Below, in pieces: positions 60,622-64,000 of a stretch of DNA of 64,000 nt. The notes beneath the pieces were generated by a model, which searched no databases, was not told the origin of the DNA, and saw only the letters and a program-made list of their open reading frames with translations. A program made the position numbers and the translations under genes. This DNA is from Chloroflexota bacterium (lineage in GTDB: Bacteria; Chloroflexota; UBA11872; VXOZ01), in assembly GCA_963662335.2 (NCBI GenBank), contig CAXXVD010000002.1:416001-480000 (forward strand). Direction: 5' to 3'. Each line of letters opens with the position of its first letter. The first letter of the stretch is position 1.

Positions 60622-62274
60622 CTAGCCGCCCATGCGGCGGTATTCGTTCACGTCGATGTCAACCGCCACCAGCGCGGGCTTGTTCAGCGCCAGTGCTTCC
60701 GGCAGCGCGGCGGCGCAGTCTTCTTCCTTGTCAATATGAAACGCGGGCAGGCCGAACGCCGCCGCCAGCGCCAGGTAGTCGGTCTCGCCGAAGTCGTTCT
60801 CGCGTCCCTCGTAGCCGCGCTCTTCCGACTTCATGCGAATCAGGGCCAGGGTAGAATCTACGAAGACGACGATGAGGAACGGCGTCTCGCTCGGCGGCGC
60901 GAGACGCTTGACGGTTTCCAGTTCACCGGCGTACATCAGCAGGCCGCCGTCGCCGGTGACGCAGACTACCGGCCGTTCGGGCGCGCGGAGTTTGGCCGCC
61001 AGCGCCGCCGGCACGCCAAAGCCCATGGTGGAGAGGCCGTTGGAGACCAGGAACGTCCGCGGCTGGGTGCTCTGCCACCACTGGCACGCCAGCAGCTTGT
61101 GCGACCCCACGTCGCAGGCAAAGACCGTCTCCGGCGGCGTGAGTTCGCGCAGCGCGGTGAGCACGGCCTGCGGCGCGACGCCAGTTCTTGGCGGGGACGC
61201 GGCGCCCGTGCCTTGCGGCGCGAGCAGCCGCCGGATCTTCTCCCGGCAGGCGGCCGCGGCGCGCGTGCCCCACTCGCCCTGGTGGGTGAGTTCCGGCGTG
61301 AGCCGGCGCACGGTGGCGTCCAGGTCGCCGACCAGCGCGTAGTCCGCGCCAAAGGCGGAATCGACCTCCGTGTGCGGATGGATGGCGATGGTCGTCGCGT
61401 CCGTCTGCCAGGGATGGATGAAGTCGGAACCGTCGAGGCCCACCGCCAGGATGCAATCGGCCTGGGCGAGAAACTCATCCACAAGGGCGTAGCCGTAGAC
61501 GCTGTGAATGCCGGCAAAGAGCGGGTGGTCTTCCGGAAAGACGCCCTTGCTCATGGGCATGTTCACCACCGGCGCGCCCCACTGCTCCGCCAGCGCCACT
61601 ATCGCATCCTGTTCCAGGTGGTGATTGGCCTCCAGGCCCAGCACGATCACCGGCGCGTCGCAGGTGGTGAGGCGCGCCAGGGCCGTGCGCGGCAGGGGCG
61701 CGGCGTCCAGCACGCCCAGCGGCCGGGCCGCGGTCTGGAGCGGCGGCGCGGCCAGCGTCTGGCGCGCCACGGCCGCCGGCAGCGCCAGGTGCACGGGCCC
61801 CGGCCGCCCCTGCGCCGCCACCGCCCAGGCGTAGGCCAGCGCGCCGGCGACGTTGGCGGGCGTGAGCCGTACGTTCCACTTGGTGATGGGGCGCAAGAGT
61901 TCCAGCAGCGGCGCGTTCTGGTGGGTGGCAAACTCCACCGTAGGGTCTTCGAAGTCGGCGGTGATGACGATCAGCGGCAGCCGCGCCAGAAACGCGTCGG
62001 CCACGGCGTTGATGATGTTCGTGGCGCCGGGGCCGAGGGTGGTGAGGAAAACCGCCGGTTCGCCGCTGAGGAAGGCGGTATTTTGCGCCAGAAACGCTGC
62101 CGTGTTCTCGTGGTGCACAAGCTGGAAGTCGATCCCCTCGGCGTAGCAGGCGTTGATGAGGTCCACGTTCTCGCCGCCGGTCACGCCCCAGAAGCGTTGA
62201 ATGCCCTGCTGGCGCAGGAATCTGGCGACGTACGCGGCGACGGTAAGGTCTGAATGCCGTGAAGTTGCGGTCAT
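60622..62274 (-). CDS. Thiamine-diphosphate-dependent enzyme (acetolactate synthase-like)
   Basis: HHE, TLGPGATN, PGPVHL, DVGSH, STMGFGVPAA and GDGG motifs. Confidence 0.9.
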   Translation of the reverse strand: MTATSRHSDLTVAAYVARFLRQQGIQRFWGVTGGENVDLINACYAEGIDFQLVHHENTAAFLAQNTAFLSGEPAVFLTTLGPGATNIINAVADAFLARLPLIVITADFEDPTVEFATHQNAPLLELLRPITKWNVRLTPANVAGALAYAWAVAAQGRPGPVHLALPAAVARQTLAAPPLQTAARPLGVLDAAPLPRTALARLTTCDAPVIVLGLEANHHLEQDAIVALAEQWGAPVVNMPMSKGVFPEDHPLFAGIHSVYGYALVDEFLAQADCILAVGLDGSDFIHPWQTDATTIAIHPHTEVDSAFGADYALVGDLDATVRRLTPELTHQGEWGTRAAAACREKIRRLLAPQGTGAASPPRTGVAPQAVLTALRELTPPETVFACDVGSHKLLACQWWQSTQPRTFLVSNGLSTMGFGVPAALAAKLRAPERPVVCVTGDGGLLMYAGELETVKRLAPPSETPFLIVVFVDSTLALIRMKSEERGYEGRENDFGETDYLALAAAFGLPAFHIDKEEDCAAALPEALALNKPALVAVDIDVNEYRRMGG

Positions 62275-62430
62275 GGGAGTGCGCAGAATAGTGTAAGGGT
62301 GGTGATAGCGTTCATCGCATAGCTTGCGCGTCGCAGGTGGCTGTGTCAACTTGGGGCGACTCTTGCCTAGCCCTGCAAGTTGCTTGGAGGTGGATTGCGG
62401 CAGCGGCGAAGCGCCTCCCTCACCCTAGCG

Positions 62431-62569
62431 CTGTCGCATTAAACGGAACGATGGCAAAACTCGCGTCCAAAGTCCCCGGTAGCGCAGGTTTGCAACCTGC
62501 GAAGCTGTTAGGTCGATCCTCTTTCGTGTCAGTTCAATGGCTCCGGCGGGGGACAAGCCCCCGCGCTAC
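62431..62569. mobile_element. Truncated copy of the IS4-type MITE
   Basis: ctgtcgcattaa, then an interior closely similar to the 52462 copy, ending in a family A REP. Confidence 0.7.
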
Positions 62570-62747
62570 AGAATTCCCCCTCTCCCTAAGTGTATAGCCC
62601 GAGGACATAGGTAACACATGTACCCGGGCTGTACAGGGAGAGGGCCGGGGTGAGGGGGCAGAACGCGCGCGGCATTTGACCTGGAGGGCGCGCGTGTGTT
62701 CTGCTGGCTGCAAGCGCGCGGTATTTCCAAGGAGTGATCGTTCAGCC

Positions 62748-63722
62748 ATGGTGCGCCAACTGGCCAGAGTTACCCTGAAGTCCGGTGAGCGGATGCGGTG
62801 TCTGCTGGTGGAAGAGCCGGAAGAAAGCTGGGCCGCGGACGTGCAGGAGTTGCTCGTGCACAAGCGCGAGCACGTGCACTGGCACATCGCCCACGCCATT
62901 GCCGGGCCACTGGACGCGCTGGAGACGCGCTTCTACCTGGGCGTGGTGGAAGGCCGGGCGGTGGGCAACGTGATGACGGTTGAATACGGCGGCGTCGGCA
63001 TCCTGGGCCACGTCTTCACCCGGCCCGACCAGCGGCGCAAGGGCATCGCCAGCCGCATCATGGCGGCGCTGATGGAGGACTTCCGCGCGCGCGGCGGACG
63101 GGCGCTGACCCTGGGCACCGGCTTCGAGTCGCCGCCGTATTGGATCTACCACAGTTACGGCTTTCGCAGCAGCGCGCCGGGCACGGGCGCGATGTGGTAC
63201 TGGCGGCAACCGGAACAGGCGGAAGACCTCTGGCAAGCCGCGGTTGTGGGCGCGGAAGAAATACGTTGGGAGCACTGGCCGCTGCTCAATCTGCTCTGCC
63301 ACCAGCCCCGCGGCGACCGGCTGCGCAACGCCGCCCGGCGCGTCTGGGGCCAACGCAACTTCGAGGGCGAATTCGTGCCCTACAAGCGGGCGCTGGATTC
63401 TGAGGATTTTTCACCTGCGGCGCGCGTGCTGCGGAACGAGGCCGGCCTGGTGGTCGGCTGGGCGAGCCTCGAGGACGATCCGCTCTGGGGCGGCGCGGCG
63501 GCGCTGCTCGACCTCTTCGTCCATCCGGCCGCCTGGCCCGCCGCCGGCTCCCTGCTGACGGCTCTCCCCCTGCCGCCCAAGCCCACCTTCGCCTACGCCG
63601 ACCAAGATTCCCCCAAGAACGACCTCCTCCACGCCCACGGCTTTGCTCAACAAGCCTCCTGGCCGGCTTGGCTGCCGGTGGGCGGCGAGTTGCACGGCGT
63701 AAACTGCTGGCTGCGGCGCTAA
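62748..63722 (+). CDS. GNAT-family N-acetyltransferase
   Basis: HVFTRPDQRRKGIA acetyl-CoA motif and YHSYGF; AAGGAG RBS. Confidence 0.85.
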   Translation: MVRQLARVTLKSGERMRCLLVEEPEESWAADVQELLVHKREHVHWHIAHAIAGPLDALETRFYLGVVEGRAVGNVMTVEYGGVGILGHVFTRPDQRRKGIASRIMAALMEDFRARGGRALTLGTGFESPPYWIYHSYGFRSSAPGTGAMWYWRQPEQAEDLWQAAVVGAEEIRWEHWPLLNLLCHQPRGDRLRNAARRVWGQRNFEGEFVPYKRALDSEDFSPAARVLRNEAGLVVGWASLEDDPLWGGAAALLDLFVHPAAWPAAGSLLTALPLPPKPTFAYADQDSPKNDLLHAHGFAQQASWPAWLPVGGELHGVNCWLRR

Positions 63723-64000
63723 CGGCCCGCTCTGGGCCAGCCCCCGCGTCACTGTCCACAGGCCTACCTTAATGTTTTATTCCCTTCTATCCTATTGACA
63801 CACCGTGTTACAATGACATTATGAGGTAAGAGGGCAGAGAGCGGGAACCGCTGCAAATGTGGGGGGACTGCGCGATGCTTACACGACGCGCCTTGATAGG
63901 CGGCACGGCGGCATTGGCGGCCGGGTGCAGCACTCTCGAGTCGTCGTTTTCCGTGCCGAGTCAGCCTCAAGTAATCAATCTGACGTGGGCGTCAAGTGCC

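Noticed and set aside
63760-64000. AT-rich stretch with TTGACA at the window end
   Set aside because: Probably a promoter for a gene outside the window; -10 spacing is ambiguous and no RNA family was recognised.

Overview
GC-rich bacterial chromosomal window, most likely from a member of Chloroflexota (inference from an FPETGH-type surface repeat, a Tat/lipobox solute-binding protein and the gene repertoire). It carries about 40 ordinary genes: housekeeping (topA, polA, nfo, nrdJ with tandem NrdR boxes, glpK, tRNA-Arg-UCU), many catabolic enzymes (sulfatase, amidohydrolases, IlvD-type dehydratase, P450, TPP enzyme, D-aminoacylase, acetamidase) and a glycosyltransferase/GH-A cluster. Intergenic space is saturated with at least seven families of short REP-like palindromes. 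Four IS elements (IS481, IS4, two IS5) lie in or against these REPs. Most notable: (1) a three-gene locus made of a tandem AAA_5 (CbbQ/midasin-like) ATPase, a CobT-like VWA protein with an acidic linker and a CPBP-like membrane protein, all with degenerate catalytic motifs; (2) the same 16-bp sequence plus a GC duplication inserted twice, in frame and in opposite orientation, in one IS5 transposase; (3) a HEPN-MNT fusion with a dead toxin motif and a REP-encoded linker; (4) a REP-targeting, REP-carrying IS4-type MITE family; (5) a one-base frameshift in a T7 run of a DUF3604-like gene. All product calls come from motif recognition by eye, not from database searches.
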